From Octopus vulgaris (lineage: Eukaryota), in contig OX597818.1 of assembly GCA_951406725.2 (NCBI GenBank), forward strand, positions 80,228,001 through 80,292,000: DNA of 64,000 nucleotides. The letters run 5' to 3'. The position numbers and the translations under genes are program-made. Numbering within the stretch: the stretch's first letter is position 1; each line of letters starts with the position of its first letter. The notes under the pieces were generated by a model that was not told the origin of the DNA, made no database searches, and saw only the letters and a list, made by a program, of their open reading frames with translations. Below are positions 24,701-37,700 of the stretch, piece after piece.

Positions 24701-24984
24701 TATATATATTGTAGTAAATCTGTGAGTTAGCAGCAATTTGTTGTGTAGCTGTAAGGAATAAAAATCACACACACAAAATAAAGATTGTGAGACAAGAAGA
24801 CAAACAAATGGTACATGGGTTCAAACAAACAAAACCACATGGCTGAAAAATGTAAAGTGCAAAAGCAGCAATGAAGGAAGTGCACAGTGAAAAGAAATAC
24901 ATCAATGGAAGAAGCAGTGTTTCATGTGATACCTCAAGTAAAAGAATAAGAGAGACAAGGTGAAAAGAAAAAAATGTTACCATA

Positions 24985-25720
24985 TTTTACAACATCTGTA
25001 TATATGGCACTCTTAAAGTAAAAATGCAAAGATTTAGTATTCTGTATTTTTCTTTTTCTCTTGCTTCTCTTATTCCTTCTTTTTGATAAATGATAACACC
25101 CCAAAGCTTAGATTCACTTTCTTTCATTGGTGTGTTTATTTTCATTATTTTTCTGTTGCTGTTTGCTTGCTTTGTATTTGTGCACTTTTTCAATCAAGTG
25201 ATTTGTTTGTGGTGAGAGAGTGTCACGCAGCTCTGAGGATATAGTATGATAGTTTGAGCATGTAATATGAGGATATAGTGTGGTATAGTTGTCTGTTAAG
25301 TATGATATATTTTGATGTGAATACATGTATGTGGTGTTGTGCTGCAATCTGGACATGCTTCTCTGAAGCAGTCCAAGCATGATGTATAGGACATATGCAG
25401 ACATCTGGATGTTTGTATGCCTTATGTTGTGATGGCCTGAACATACTGTGAAAGGGGTAGTTTAACAATCAAGATTATGAGTGGAATTCCAAATATTTTC
25501 AGTGGTCCACAGTGTGGAAATCTCAGTTTTTTTTCTGTGAATTAAGTATGATGTGATGGACAGAGCATGGTAGCAGGATTTAGGTATATTCTTGCATGTT
25601 GGGATTTATTGTGGTTAGTAGTGTTGCTGTTGAGTCATGATTTAATGTGTGAATATATTGTTAGAATGTGCTTTAGTATCAAGTCTCTTTATATATAAGA
25701 CTGAATCCAAAGAGTCCTAT
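24985..25720 (-). mobile_element. Possible old L1/Tx1-like LINE remnant
   Basis: A-rich minus strand with LWGV...KEKYRILNLCIF / FKSAIY peptides; weak. Confidence 0.3.
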
Positions 25721-25723
25721 ATT

Positions 25724-25975
25724 ATGTAGTAAAATTGGCAAGAAAAGTGAACTTGCTGTAGGGAGTGAATAACCTACCCACAGCAAATGGGGTAATCAAT
25801 GTTTTGGACAAAGCTCTTCTTCAGGGGAAAATTGATGGGAGGATATAAATCTGCTTCTCTTTAATTTCACTCCTGTCTGTCAACTTTTTCCTGAAGATGG
25901 ACTCAGCTTCAAACATTGGATTTGCTACTCCCCAAGGCAAGTTCACTGTACTCTTTTTGTCAGTTCATCACCATT
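25724..25975. mobile_element. Old inverted pair of decayed hammerhead-type units
   Basis: Minus CTGAAGAAGAGCTTTGTCCAAAACATTG (25824-25797) and plus CTGAAGATGGACTCAGCTTCAAACATTG (25891-25918); both followed by actccc..gcaagttcact. Confidence 0.55.
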
Positions 25976-25981
25976 TATATT

Positions 25982-26012
<31 letters not shown>

Positions 26013-26029
26013 ATATTTATATTTATATT

Positions 26030-26060
<31 letters not shown>

Positions 26061-26077
26061 ATATTTATATTTATATT

Positions 26078-26108
<31 letters not shown>

Positions 26109-26242
26109 ATATATTATATTTATATATATATTTATATTTATATATATTTATATATATATATATTTATATTTATATATATATATTTATATTTATATATATA
26201 TATATTTATATTTATATATATATATATATATATTTTTATTTA

Positions 26243-26281
<39 letters not shown>
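25975..26281. repeat. Compound (TA)n/(TTTATA)n microsatellite
   Basis: Read directly. Confidence 0.95.
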
Positions 26282-26285
<4 letters not shown>

Positions 26286-26949
26286 ATGAAGGCAGCTATA
26301 CATAATATAAAACCAAAAAGGAAAAATTCAATTGTTGCTAATTGTGACTGACAGTGCAGGGTAGCACCTACATTGCTAGAAATAAGTTTAAAATCCTTAG
26401 CCGCAAGAAGCACTTCTGTGCACTGACAGGAGAGATAACTGCTCCACAGTGAGCGAAATCATCATACTAGACTAGTTTGGCTTAAAATTAAAGCTCATTA
26501 GTGGTAACTACTCCACCACTGGATATACATACATATATATATGTGTGTGTGTGTAGGTAGGTATGTATGTATCCTTGTTAAACAAGCAAAAGACCTTCTG
26601 TTTAGCTGTTCAACTTTTCAGATTTCAAACTTTGAATTGTTAGTACAAGATGCCCTACATAATAAAAAAAAAAAAGGAAGTGGTCACAGTTTAAATGTTG
26701 ACTTTGTGATAGTTACTATCAAATAACTATTGACATTGGTATATGTAGGAGGAAAGAGGTAAGACAGTTCAAAGCTGAATCATTATTTCTCTTATGTATA
26801 TTGCCTGTTATCAAGTTCTCTCTCTCTGTCTCCCATTGTCTTTTTCATTTCCTTTCCATTCCCTTTCAACTTTATCTTTGTTTTATCATTTTGTATCGCT
26901 CTCTCTCTCTCTCTGTTGCTATGAATCTCTCTTTTTTTTTTACCTACAG

Positions 26950-27001
26950 ACGTTCGTATATTACTGAATGAGGACCAGTTACTTCGGACAGGAGCTTCTG
27001 G
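26950..27001 (+). CDS. CAPZA: CAPZA exon 3 (DVRILLNEDQLLRTGASG)
   Basis: DVRxLLNxDxLL motif; cag acceptor; gtaagt donor; 52 nt; phases fit the neighbours. Confidence 0.97.
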
Positions 27002-28088
27002 GTAAGTTATTACAGACAAATGCCCATTCTTTCTCTCAGAGTATCTTTTTCCTCCACCCACTCTGCTATAACTCCCATTCAAACATCTACTACCTTAGGT
27101 GAAATCATGTCATCTCTCTGTCTGAGATGAAAGAGGAATCGATTACTACCCTCTACACTACATGTGACATCAGACTGCAGTCCATGACAATGTGGGGGAA
27201 TACAGTGGTGTACTTTAGAGTAGTTCTATGTCCAGTATGCCTGTTTATGTTTCACTATTAGTTATTCATTTAATCTACATGTCTGCTAGCTTTTATATTT
27301 CTTTCTCTCTCACCTAAATGGTAAAGGTCAAATTTTGTATTCTCCCATTTTGCTGACATCCGTGTATTGGTTCCTGTCTAGTAGTAGCTAAAATATCACC
27401 ATTTACCAAGATTTAGTTCACACTGTTCAGTAGATGTGTTGTAAACCTCTAGTCCATTGTTGTATCTGCTTAATTAGTGGTGGGGAATGGTATGGGGAGA
27501 TTTCCTATGGCTTGTCAAAGTAGCACTGAAGTAAACTCAGCTTTTTTTTTTTGTGTGTGTTGGCTGCACACCAGCTGAAGCCATTAAGAGAAGCTTGTAT
27601 GAATTCACTCAGCCTATTTGAAATAGCAGCTAAATCTCCCTCATATGACTCTACCATTTTAAAAGGAAGGAAGGATACCTTGATCACTTCCTCACCTTAT
27701 ATGAGTAACCATGTGGCCCAGAAACCTTTTCTGCTCTAGTCCTGTCTTTCGTACTTTGTCTCATCTCTTTGCATAAAGCCAACTTTCTTGGAATTTGTAG
27801 CTTTGCAAGCTGCATGGCAACCTCACTGGTGCTGGCACCTTGAAGAAAGTACTCTGTACACATTGTACAGTGGTTGGCATTAATAGAAACCATTCTAAAG
27901 TAGATAGCGGAGCCTGATGCAGTCCTTCGACCCATCAGATCCAATCAAACCATCCAACTCATGCCAGCATGGAATGTGGACATTAAATGATGTTGGTAGG
28001 ATGGTTAACATTAGATCTGCTTAAGACTTAATTGTGGGCTGAACAGTGACAAATATGTGTTGGCAGTTGCAGGATGTCCAGACCTCAG

Positions 28089-28808
28089 TGAGTCCCATAT
28101 CTTCTGACATTTGATCAAAAGCACACCAAGCAGATCACATCAGAAGAAAGTCTGACGTTGTTTCAGGCAGATCCACCTGGTTTCTTTGAACATTTCCTAA
28201 GCCAGGATGAGTGTTGGCTTCATCACTTTGAGCTAAGGACAGAGAGGCAGTCCATGCAATGGTAACACCTCTCCTCATCTGCTCCAAAGTAGGCCAAGGT
28301 TGTTTCATCTGCAAGGAAGGTGATGGCCTGCATGTTTTGGGATGTAAAAGGCATTGTGTTTATTGACTCTCTTCAAAAGGACCACTCCAGCAATGGAAAG
28401 TACTATGCCAACTTGCTGAGGCAGTTGCAAAAAGCTATCAAGACCAAATACCCAGGAAAATTGGTAAAAACAGTCTTGTTTCAAGATAATGCTCCAGCAC
28501 ACGTCTTTGGTTTCAGTGGCTGCTGTGCATGACTGAGGCTTTAATACCTTCCCCGTTCTCTTGATTTGGCGTGGTCTGACTTTCATCTGTTTCCCAACAT
28601 GAGAAAACACTTAATAGGGAATCAGTATTGCAGTGATGATGATGTCATATCAGCTGTTGCTGCTTAGTTACTTTTGAAGTCTTTTGAACCATTAGATGTC
28701 AGCTTACCTGGAAAGAAACAATTAGTTGAAATTAATGTATTCAAAACTTCACAGCTCTAGCATCGCTCCTTCGTAGTGAGCCTATGAACCTTTCAGCCCA
28801 ACCTCGTA
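28089..28808 (+). mobile_element. Mariner (DD34D-type) transposase pseudogene with right TIR
   Basis: *VPYLLT, DECWLHHF, KVMACMFWD.KGIVFID, QDNAPAH, SLDLAWSDFHLF motifs; end ...gaacctttcagcccaacctcg-TA. Confidence 0.9.
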
Positions 28809-30146
28809 TATATTGTTTTTAAACATAGTATATCCATAAAATATTTTATCTCGGATATAAACTGCAGTGACTTGCCTGTCAACTGTGTATATACATTATG
28901 ATAGGTGACTATTTTAATTTAATACTGCTTCAATTGCAAACACCAATGATGGTGAGTCCTGATCAATGGGGTTGGGGTCTACATTGATGACCTGCAGGTA
29001 CATCCTTAGTTACCAACCATGTTTCCTCTACAAGCCCAAGTGTAGATAGTGCTACCAATATCATCACACATGAAGGAGTGCAGAAAGTATCTTTGTATTA
29101 AAAACCTGCAGAGATGGTGGATATTACTTATAACATCTTCACATAGTAGCATAATTAAGTGTTGACCTTTGGCAAGATATAACACCTGTTCAACCACCCT
29201 GCCAGGGATATGGCAAAGACATGGAGCTGCAGCATGGTGGATTGTGAAGAGGTAGCGGAAGATCTCAACTGAGCCACCAGTGCTTCTTACATAGATGCTG
29301 AACGGAGGAATCTTAGAAGATCAACAGTCAGGATCAAGCTCTATCTAGAAAGTAACTGCAATGCATCAATAGGGGTGGTGTCCATGGTTGTGTAATCAGC
29401 AAATGAAAGATTTATTATGAATCAAGCTCTTAATTCAAATTTATACAAATGGAATTGGATGGCAATGTAGAGTCATGGGAATTTGTGAAAGCTGCACGAC
29501 CAACAAATGACCATTAAGTTTCTTTTTTAATGTTGTTTTTTAATCCTACTATTCCATTTTGTTTTTTTGTTGAATTGTTCCATTTATAGATGATTCCTGT
29601 GTTTCCTGTTAGGCAGCAAATTGTTAAAACATGATAACAGCATTTTGTTTGTTCCAACTCTGTGCTTGAGTTTAAAACCTGCCAAAATCAGCTTGCCTAC
29701 CCATCCAGGATAGTGGATTGGAAGGGATGAAGAATGTTAGACCAGATGTTTTGTGATATTTGTTCTGATTCTTTGCATTCTGAGTTCAAATCCTGACATG
29801 GTCTGCTTAAGTGATAGAATTAATCTGTCACATGATTTCACACCACCATCTTCAATGATTTTAATACTGACCATTTGCAAGTAGTTTGGCCACGCCCCCA
29901 GTTTGCAGATACTGTTCTCCCTCCTGCCAATCTTAGAGATGCTGCCTCTCTTCCTGAGTAAGGATAAAAAGGTAGGAATGGCTGTGTGATTAAGAAGCTC
30001 ACTTTGCAACCATGTAGTTTTGGGTTCAGTTCCACTGTGTAACATCTACTATGACCTTAGGGACAAATGCTTTGTGAATGACTTTGTGATTTGTATTACT
30101 GTTATTACCACTTTGTTTAATCTCTCACTCTCTCTCTTAATTTCAG

Positions 30147-30210
30147 GGCGTTTGCTAAATACAACAAAGACCAGTTCACTCCTTGCCGGATAGAAGGCAG
30201 TGAGGAACAA
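30147..30210 (+). CDS. CAPZA: CAPZA exon 4 (AFAKYNKDQFTPCRIEGSEEQ)
   Basis: AFAxYNxDQFTP motif; tttcag acceptor; gtgagt donor; 64 nt. Confidence 0.97.
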
Positions 30211-31566
30211 GTGAGTTATTAGTTTCTATCTCAGACATTGTAATTGTCAGTGGACTCTGGAATTCAATCAATCCATTAACCTTTTTGACACCAACACTCC
30301 AGTGGCTTAATAGTTAGAGCGTTGCACTTGTGATGGTAAAAAAAAAAGTAAAAACAAAAATGGTTTTAATTCCTGGACTGGGTGGTGCATTGTGCTCTTG
30401 GTCAAAACCAAACATTTTGATTCATATTGCTCTGCTATCACTTCGACATCTGGTGGTGTGGCACATTATGCACTTGTATAGCCAATGTTGATTTAATAGA
30501 GTGAGTGAGCTAATGCACCGCTCAAACATTCAATCATTATAAACTAACCATAGTATAAACAAGTCGTCTGTACTTGTTGTGCAACACCCCTCTGTCAATT
30601 ACGACAGGAGAGACCATCATCATCACCAAGCTGTCTAAGACTGACTTTGGTTCCATAATATAAATTCCCTGTTTTAAAATAATTTAGATTAAATTCTTTC
30701 CATCAAAATTTCATGTTTATTTAGCCACTAGCTTAATAAGGGTAAAGTTATTTTGATAAATTTTTCCTTATTTTCAAAGAAATATGGCAACAAAAGGGTT
30801 AAACTCTTCTCTCACATGGTATGGCTAGTTCAGTACTTTGTATCTAACTGATATTTGAAACATTAACCTTTCTCAAATCTAAAGAAAGATAAATTAAAAA
30901 AAGATAAAAGAAAAACTAATAATAGATAACTGTTCCAAGTTAAAATAAATATTTGTAAATTTTTATCTCTTGGTATTTTCAGCTGGCTTTGGTATCTTTT
31001 GCAATGCACATATTTATCTTCACTGCTAAATCGTTATTATTATTTGTTTAAATTTCTTCAGAATTGAGAAAGGTTAAACTTTTAAATGACTATTATGGAG
31101 CAACAAGAATTTAATGGGAGAGGGCTGTTGTGACTTCAAGCATAGGATTTTAATACAAGTGTTGCTTCATATATATATATATATATATATATATTTTTTT
31201 GTTTCTTTTCAAAAATATTTATTTACCATTTAATTTTATTTGGTTATAGACATAGGTGTGGCTGTGTGGTTAAAAAGTCTGCTTCCCAATCACATAGTTT
31301 TGGGTTCAGTCCCATTACATGGCACCTTGGGCTGACCAAAGCCTTGTGAGTGGATCTAGATAGAAACTGAATGGAGCCTATTATATATATATATGAATTT
31401 TTGATTCCTCATTCTTTTTCCTTGTATGTTATTGCATACATGAGAAGAATTCTTCATCATTTCTTAGTTCCTTATAGAGACTCATAGTACACTACAATTA
31501 CCAAACTCTATTTTTATAGAATTAAGCAAAATGAACAGTGGTTCATATTTGAGTAGACTTTTGCTC

Positions 31567-31965
31567 GCAGGAGTGGCTGTGTGGTAAGTAGCTTGCTAAC
31601 CAACCACATGGTTCCGGGTTCAGTCCCACCGCGTGGCATCTTGGGCAAGTGTCTTCTGCTATAGCCCCGGGCCGACCAATGCCTTGTGAGTGGATTTGGT
31701 AGACGGAAACTGAAAGAAGCCTGTCATATATATGTATATATATATATGTGTATGTGCTTGTGTGTCTGTGTTTGTCTCCCTAGCATTGCTTGACAACCGA
31801 TGCTGATGTGTTTACGTCCCCGTCACTTAGCGGTTCGGCAAAAGAGACCGATAGAATAAGTACTGGGCTTACAAAGAATAAGTCTCGGGGTCGATTTGCT
31901 CGACTAAAGGCGGTGCTCCAGCATGGCCGCAGTCAAATGACTGAAACAAGTAAAAGAGTTAAGAG
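31567..31965 (+). mobile_element. tRNA-derived SINE, young near-complete copy
   Basis: A box TGGCTGTGTGG, B box GGTTCAGTCCC, body ttgggcaagtgtcttctgctatagcc, tail ggcggtgctccagcatggccgcagtcaaatgactgaaac; many relatives in the window. Confidence 0.9.
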
Positions 31966-32045
31966 TATACCAAGTCTCTATTGAATATAGTGACTTTTTT
32001 TTTTTTAACTTTTGCAAATGAAATTTTTTTTCTGTTTATATTTAG

Positions 32046-32116
32046 GTTTTGATTACTGAATATGGTGACTTGGGTGCAGGAAGATTTTTGGATCCTCGAA
32101 CAAAGACCACCTTTAA
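32046..32116 (+). CDS. CAPZA: CAPZA exon 5 (VLITEYGDLGAGRFLDPRTKTTFK)
   Basis: VLITExGDLGxGRFLDPR motif; tttag acceptor; gtaagt donor; 71 nt, phase 2. Confidence 0.97.
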
Positions 32117-33738
32117 GTAAGTGTACATCTTATGGTTTTCAGGACTTCAAAAATATATGATTTTTTGTGTAGAAATAAGAGAAAGGTGCATTCAGTATGT
32201 GTGTGTGTGTGTGATCATCAGCACCACTTAACATCTGGTCTCCATACTGGCATGGATTGGACCGTTTGACATGGAGTTGGCTAGCAGGATGCTGTTTGGA
32301 CTCCAACCGTCAATTGTGGCATGGTTTTTATAGCTGGCTGCCCTTCTTAATGCCAACCACTTGTGTGCTTGGTGTGCTTGGTGCTTTTTACATGTCACCA
32401 GCATAGATATGTTAACACAGCACTGCCATGGGTGCTTTTTAAGTGGCACTGACACCTAAAAAGACAAGACTGTGTGGAAGGCAATGATTTTACTTAGCTT
32501 GACATGTCTTATCAAGTACAGCACATCTCCCAGTCCCTTGTCATTTCCTCAGTGATGCACAATGTCTGAAGATTCTTTATATGCACATCACATGTGAAGT
32601 AGAGTTTATCTATTGGATTCAAACCTAAAGTTTTTCCTGTCATTTTTCTGAGTTTAGCATTCAATATTTTTTTAATAATAGAAATTAATAATACAAAATT
32701 CTCATCAGTAGCTATGTAGTTAAGAAGATTGCTTCACAACTATGTGGTCTTGGGTTGCATAGCAACTTGGGCAAGTGTGCCCTGAACTATAGTATGGGCT
32801 AACCAAAGCTTTGTGAGTGGATTTGGTTGGCAGAAACTGAAAGAAGATTGTGTGTGTGTAGATGTGTGTATTTACCTATGTCTTGTGATGGTTGTAAATG
32901 AGCATCACCATCATACAGATGATGTTTGTTTCTTGTTGTTCATGGAGAAATGTTACCTTGCTTGGAAACAGCGTGGGTGGTGACAGGAAAAGCATTCAGT
33001 TGTATAAAAATCTGCCTCAACAAATTCTGCCAGTCTCATGCAAGTATGGAAAAGAACACAGATGGTGATGCTGATGAATATAGAGGACTCACATTCTCTA
33101 CAAACAAAATCTTATCTTTCGTCCATTATTGCCTTCAGATAATCTCATTCTGCTGTTGATATAGAGTAATGATTATCAAATATCAAGGTTAAAATTGTCT
33201 CCATTCACAGTTTGTGAATTCTCTGTATTCAGTGTCAGCATCACCATTTAATGCGCACTTTTCCTCTCATGAATGGGTCTGATGAAATTTGAGATACGGT
33301 TTTTTTTTTTCTGTAGTCAGCTGCCCTTCCTGTCACCTGTTTCCAAGTAAGAATATATTTACTCTTTGGCCTGATATGCTTTTTTGGAAGACTAGAAACA
33401 AGACTATATTGCCTATTTGATGGTGATGCTCACCTATAACCATTACATGGATTCAAGACAAGTGTACATGCAAACACACACAATGGGCTTCTTTCAGTTT
33501 CAATCTACCAATCCTGGCTTTGGCTGTGCCTGGGCTTTAATAGAAGACACTTGCCCACAGGGTCGGAAGCAAACTTTTCAACCATAAAATCACACACCTT
33601 ATGTATTAAAATAAAAATTTATAAATTAACACTGTTTGTTTCAGCTTGTTTTACTATTTTTCTTTATTTTGAGCTGTGAAAATTTGATTCCATTTTTTTT
33701 TTTTTATGAAATATATTTTCATTTGTGTTTCCTATCAG

Positions 33739-33954
33739 ATATGACCATTTGCGGAAAGAAGCCAGTGACTTCCAACCTGCTGAAATTGATAAGGTAGCTG
33801 AACCGTGGCGTGCTGCTATAGAATCTTCATTTACTCCCTATGTACATAACCACTACAAATATGGCGTCACTTCTGTCTATGGTAGCCACACTGATGGCAA
33901 TATCACCATCATTGCTTGTGTGGAAAGCCATCAATTCCAACCCAAGAACTTTTG
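33739..33954 (+). CDS. CAPZA: CAPZA exon 6 (YDHLRKEASD...IIACVESHQFQPKNFW)
   Basis: Inside ORF 33725-33958; DHLRKEA and ESHQFQPKNFW motifs; atcag acceptor; gtaagt donor; 216 nt. Confidence 0.98.
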
Positions 33955-34020
33955 GTAAGTTTTTATTTAGTTTTTTTTCTTTCATTTTAATATTTTTAAC
34001 ATTTTAACATTTAAGCTGGC

Positions 34021-34190
34021 TGAGGAGTGTCCAAGAGATCGAAAATGGCCACTTGGAAGGTCTCCATGACAATGGGAAGATGATTTGGGTCAAGATGGAA
34101 AAGAATGGCACAATCAAAACCAAGCTAGAAGCTCATTGGACCATCGGTGAATAACAGCATCTGATAGTCTGGTTGATTCTGTGATAATGT
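34021..34190 (+). mobile_element. Short RTE-like LINE 3' coding remnant inserted in a TTAA MITE
   Basis: Translates CPRDRKWPLGRSP*QWEDDL, like the RTE WxPxxxKRxxGRPxxRWxDD motif; ctggc repeated at both junctions. Confidence 0.55.
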
Positions 34191-34336
34191 GAAACTGGCC
34201 ATATCAAGCCCAAGTATTGTGCTTTGTGTTCAAACCAACCAGATTTTGCCTCTCGCATCTATCTTTACAATGTCACTTTAAAAATAAGCTACCACATCAC
34301 TGAAATATCGAATCTATGAAACAATGTGAATTAATA

Positions 34337-34742
34337 GGTGCAGGTATGGCTGTGCAGTAAGAAGCTTGCTTCCCGACCACATGATTCTTGGTCAGTCCCA
34401 CAGCATGGCATCTTGAGGCTACTATAGCCTCAGGCCAACCAAAGCCTTGTGAGTGGATTTGGTAGATGGAAACTGAAAGAAGCCTCATTATATATATATA
34501 TATATATATATCTGTTTCTGTGTCTTTGTGTCAGTGTTTGCTTCCCCATCACCACTTGACAACCAGTGTTGGTTTGTTTACATCTCTGTAACTTAATGGT
34601 TCTGCAAAGAGACCAATAGAAGTACTAGGCTTTTAAAAAAAAAAGTCCCAGTGGGGTGGATTTGTTCGACTAAAATCCTTCAAGGCGGTGTCCCAGCATG
34701 GCCACAGTCGAATGACTGAAAGAAGTAAAAGAATAAAAGAAA
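34337..34742 (+). mobile_element. tRNA-derived SINE copy nested in a TTAA MITE
   Basis: Homologous to 31567-31965; MITE sequence resumes at aaataagcattaca. Confidence 0.8.
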
Positions 34743-37700
34743 AATAAGCATTACATGTGACAATCTGAATGCTAATGAGTACTTTCTAGTATGGTGGATG
34801 GCAAAACTAGTAGAGCACTAAGCAAAATGCATTGCATTTTTTAGGTACGGCACTTTAGTTTAAATTCCTTTCAGGGCAGATAAAACACATACTAGTAATA
34901 TACTGGGGTAAACTCCCCCCACACACACACACTTCCGAATTTGTGACCTTCAGCTTATGTGAGAAACTCTTATTTAATCTCAAATCATTTCCCATTGTGG
35001 AGACCGAGAGTGAGATTTGGTTACTATTTCTGTCAGTTAAAGTAACCATTCACATGTTCTTGCCTTGGCTCAAATAAGTCATTGCTGTTATTGAGGGCTA
35101 AGTAGATGGAGCATTGACGTTACCAAGATTCCAACTTAGAACATAATGGAAAGGATCCAAATACTCTTAGGATTTAATCATGCTGCTATTTCTACAATTC
35201 CACTTTTACAATCATCATGTTAAGTCCACTGTTCCATGCTTACATGGATCAGACAGAATTTATTGAGCTGCATTCCCTTCCTTTTGCCAATTTTTATGTT
35301 TCCAAGCAAGGTAATATATCCCCATAGCCTGGCATATTTTATATGGAAGAATAGAAACAAACATCTCTTATGCAACTGGATTCTTTCTATTATAGGCAGG
35401 GAGGATTCTTTCCATTATAAGCATAAAGTTTGAAATTTAGTGGGAAGAGAGGGGTGGTCTAGTCAAGTACATCAACTGTTGTGATCAACTGGTACTTTAT
35501 TTTATTTTCATTGAAAGGATGAGAAACAAAGTTGACCTTGGTGGAATTTCAACTCAGAGCTGGTAGGAATGCCATTGAGCATTTTGTTCCAGCACAGTAA
35601 CAATTTGATTCTGCCTGCTTGCTGTCACCTTAATAATAATTATAATAATAGCTTCTAATGTAGCCACTAAATTTGGGTAAGTGTTAGTTGATTATTGATT
35701 GTAGTACTTGACTGGTACTTATTTCACAACACTGACAGGATGAAAGGTAAAATCAGCCATGGCTGGATTTGGTCTTAGAATGCATTGGACACAACTAGAT
35801 ATAATAATAATAATAATAATAACAATGTTAGTGAGGATGGTGATTATAATTGTTTAATCAGTAAGTAGTAATGTTTATTCACTTTATTTACTGAATAAAC
35901 CTGCTTTTTTATTTTTAAATATCCTGTTGGAAGGGCCTACATTTTCAGACAGTTTGTCTTGCATTAATGTTGGGTTGGCTTCATTTAGAAATAGCAGTTA
36001 TTGTAACTTGTTTAAAGGCTCTCTGTTCAAGCACAGATGAGTGGCACTAATACCTTTTAGCTCAGAGTGTATATATATATATATAGTGAGAGAATGAACG
36101 TGTATTCCTTATAGCATCTGTTTCATCATCATCATCGTTTAGCGTCCGTTTTCCATGCTAGCATGGGTTGGACGGTTCTACTGGGGTCTGTGAAGCCAGA
36201 AGGCTTCATCAGGCCCAGTCAAATCTGGCAGTGTTTCTACGGCTGGATGCCCTTCCTAACGCCAATCAGTATTTGGTAATTAATAATGTCACACTTTAAA
36301 TGCGATACATAGATACAACTTATGTGATATCGTTAATTGTTGAATACTGAAACAAATGTAATAACAGAGTATCAAGTTCATGCCTCTGTTTTTTTTTTTC
36401 TGCCTTTATTTCATTATTGATGTGCTCTTTATATTATGTTATAACACTTCCCAGACGAAAAGGAATCCATTGGGGTCAAGCAACAGTGTGAGCTTAATGT
36501 GATTATTCCTAATAAACACCTCTCAATCTGAACAGTAAATTTGTTGCACACTGAACAAATCCATTCCCACTAATATGTGTGTGTGTGTGTGTGGAGTTTT
36601 TTGTGATATTTCCCAATGAAATACACTGAAAAATATCAGACTTGGAGAGATTTAGTGAAATCCCTTCTTTATTGGTTTCAATAATTTGATTGCAGCCATG
36701 TTGGGTCACACTACCTTCAACAGGTGATCATATTATTCTTAAGTTATTTTCAAGTCTAGTACTTTATTGATATATTTGTTGATCCACTAAGTTACTGGAC
36801 ATAAACAAATGAATATAAACACAGTCACACACACACCCACACTCATCATTATCATCACTATTCCATGCTTGCACAGGCAGAATTCCTATGACTGGATGTC
36901 CTTCCTGTCCTGTCTCCAGGCATGTTTTATCACAGGGGACTAGAAACAAATAATGTCACTTGTATGGTGGCAGTGATGCTTGTTTATAGCCATCACACAA
37001 ACACATGATGGCTTTCAGTTTCTGTCTACCAAATTCACTTACAAGACTTTAGCTGCCTCAAGGCTGTAGTAGAAGGTATTTGCTCAAAGTATCATGCAGT
37101 AGGACAAAACCCAGCACATATTTAGAAAGGAAGCTTCTTAACCACGCAGACATGCCTTTGTCTGTGTATAATTTGTTAACTGGTAAATTATACAGAAGCC
37201 TATCACACAATCACATACACACACGATAGACTTCTGTATAATTTTTGTTTATCCATTTTCTCTTATAATGCATTATCTAACCCAAGGCTATCAGAGAAAA
37301 CATTTGCCTACACGATATTCCTTGCATTGGGATTGAATTAAAAACCGCATGGTTGCAAAATGAACTCCTGAACCCCACCCACATTAATTTTTTTAGCTAT
37401 TTCATTAAGCTGGGATTGAGTTTTAAATTAAATATAAGCACTTTAAAATAGGTGGGTGGTTTTTGTATCAAAAAACCAGAAGCAGTCTCAGGTTGATTGG
37501 TATAAAATGGGTTAAAGTACTTTCAATGTGCTCAGCTCAAAAAATACCTAGTGAAAGTATCAGTAATTCATTTAATAAATTGTATATCCACATCATGTAT
37601 TGGTATGATTTCAGTGTATAATTTACAAAATTGTCAGCCCAATTTCTGCAGTATACAACAAGATCAAGAAGGCCTTATTTTAAAAGAAATCTGACAAATG

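Noticed and set aside
25897-26305. 128-129 aa ORFs
   Set aside because: Low-complexity TA repeat
26430-26475. GCTC-cacagt-GAGC-GAAA possible hammerhead stem II
   Set aside because: No correctly placed CUGANGA and no stem I or III
31567-31640. tRNA gene
   Set aside because: A and B boxes are present but it is a SINE head continuing into repeat body, without a complete cloverleaf
33725-33958. Stand-alone 77-aa ORF
   Set aside because: It is CAPZA exon 6 plus intron edges
34020-34064. CTGAGGA...GAAA-TGGCCA hammerhead-like string
   Set aside because: No stem I or II; better explained as RTE coding remnant
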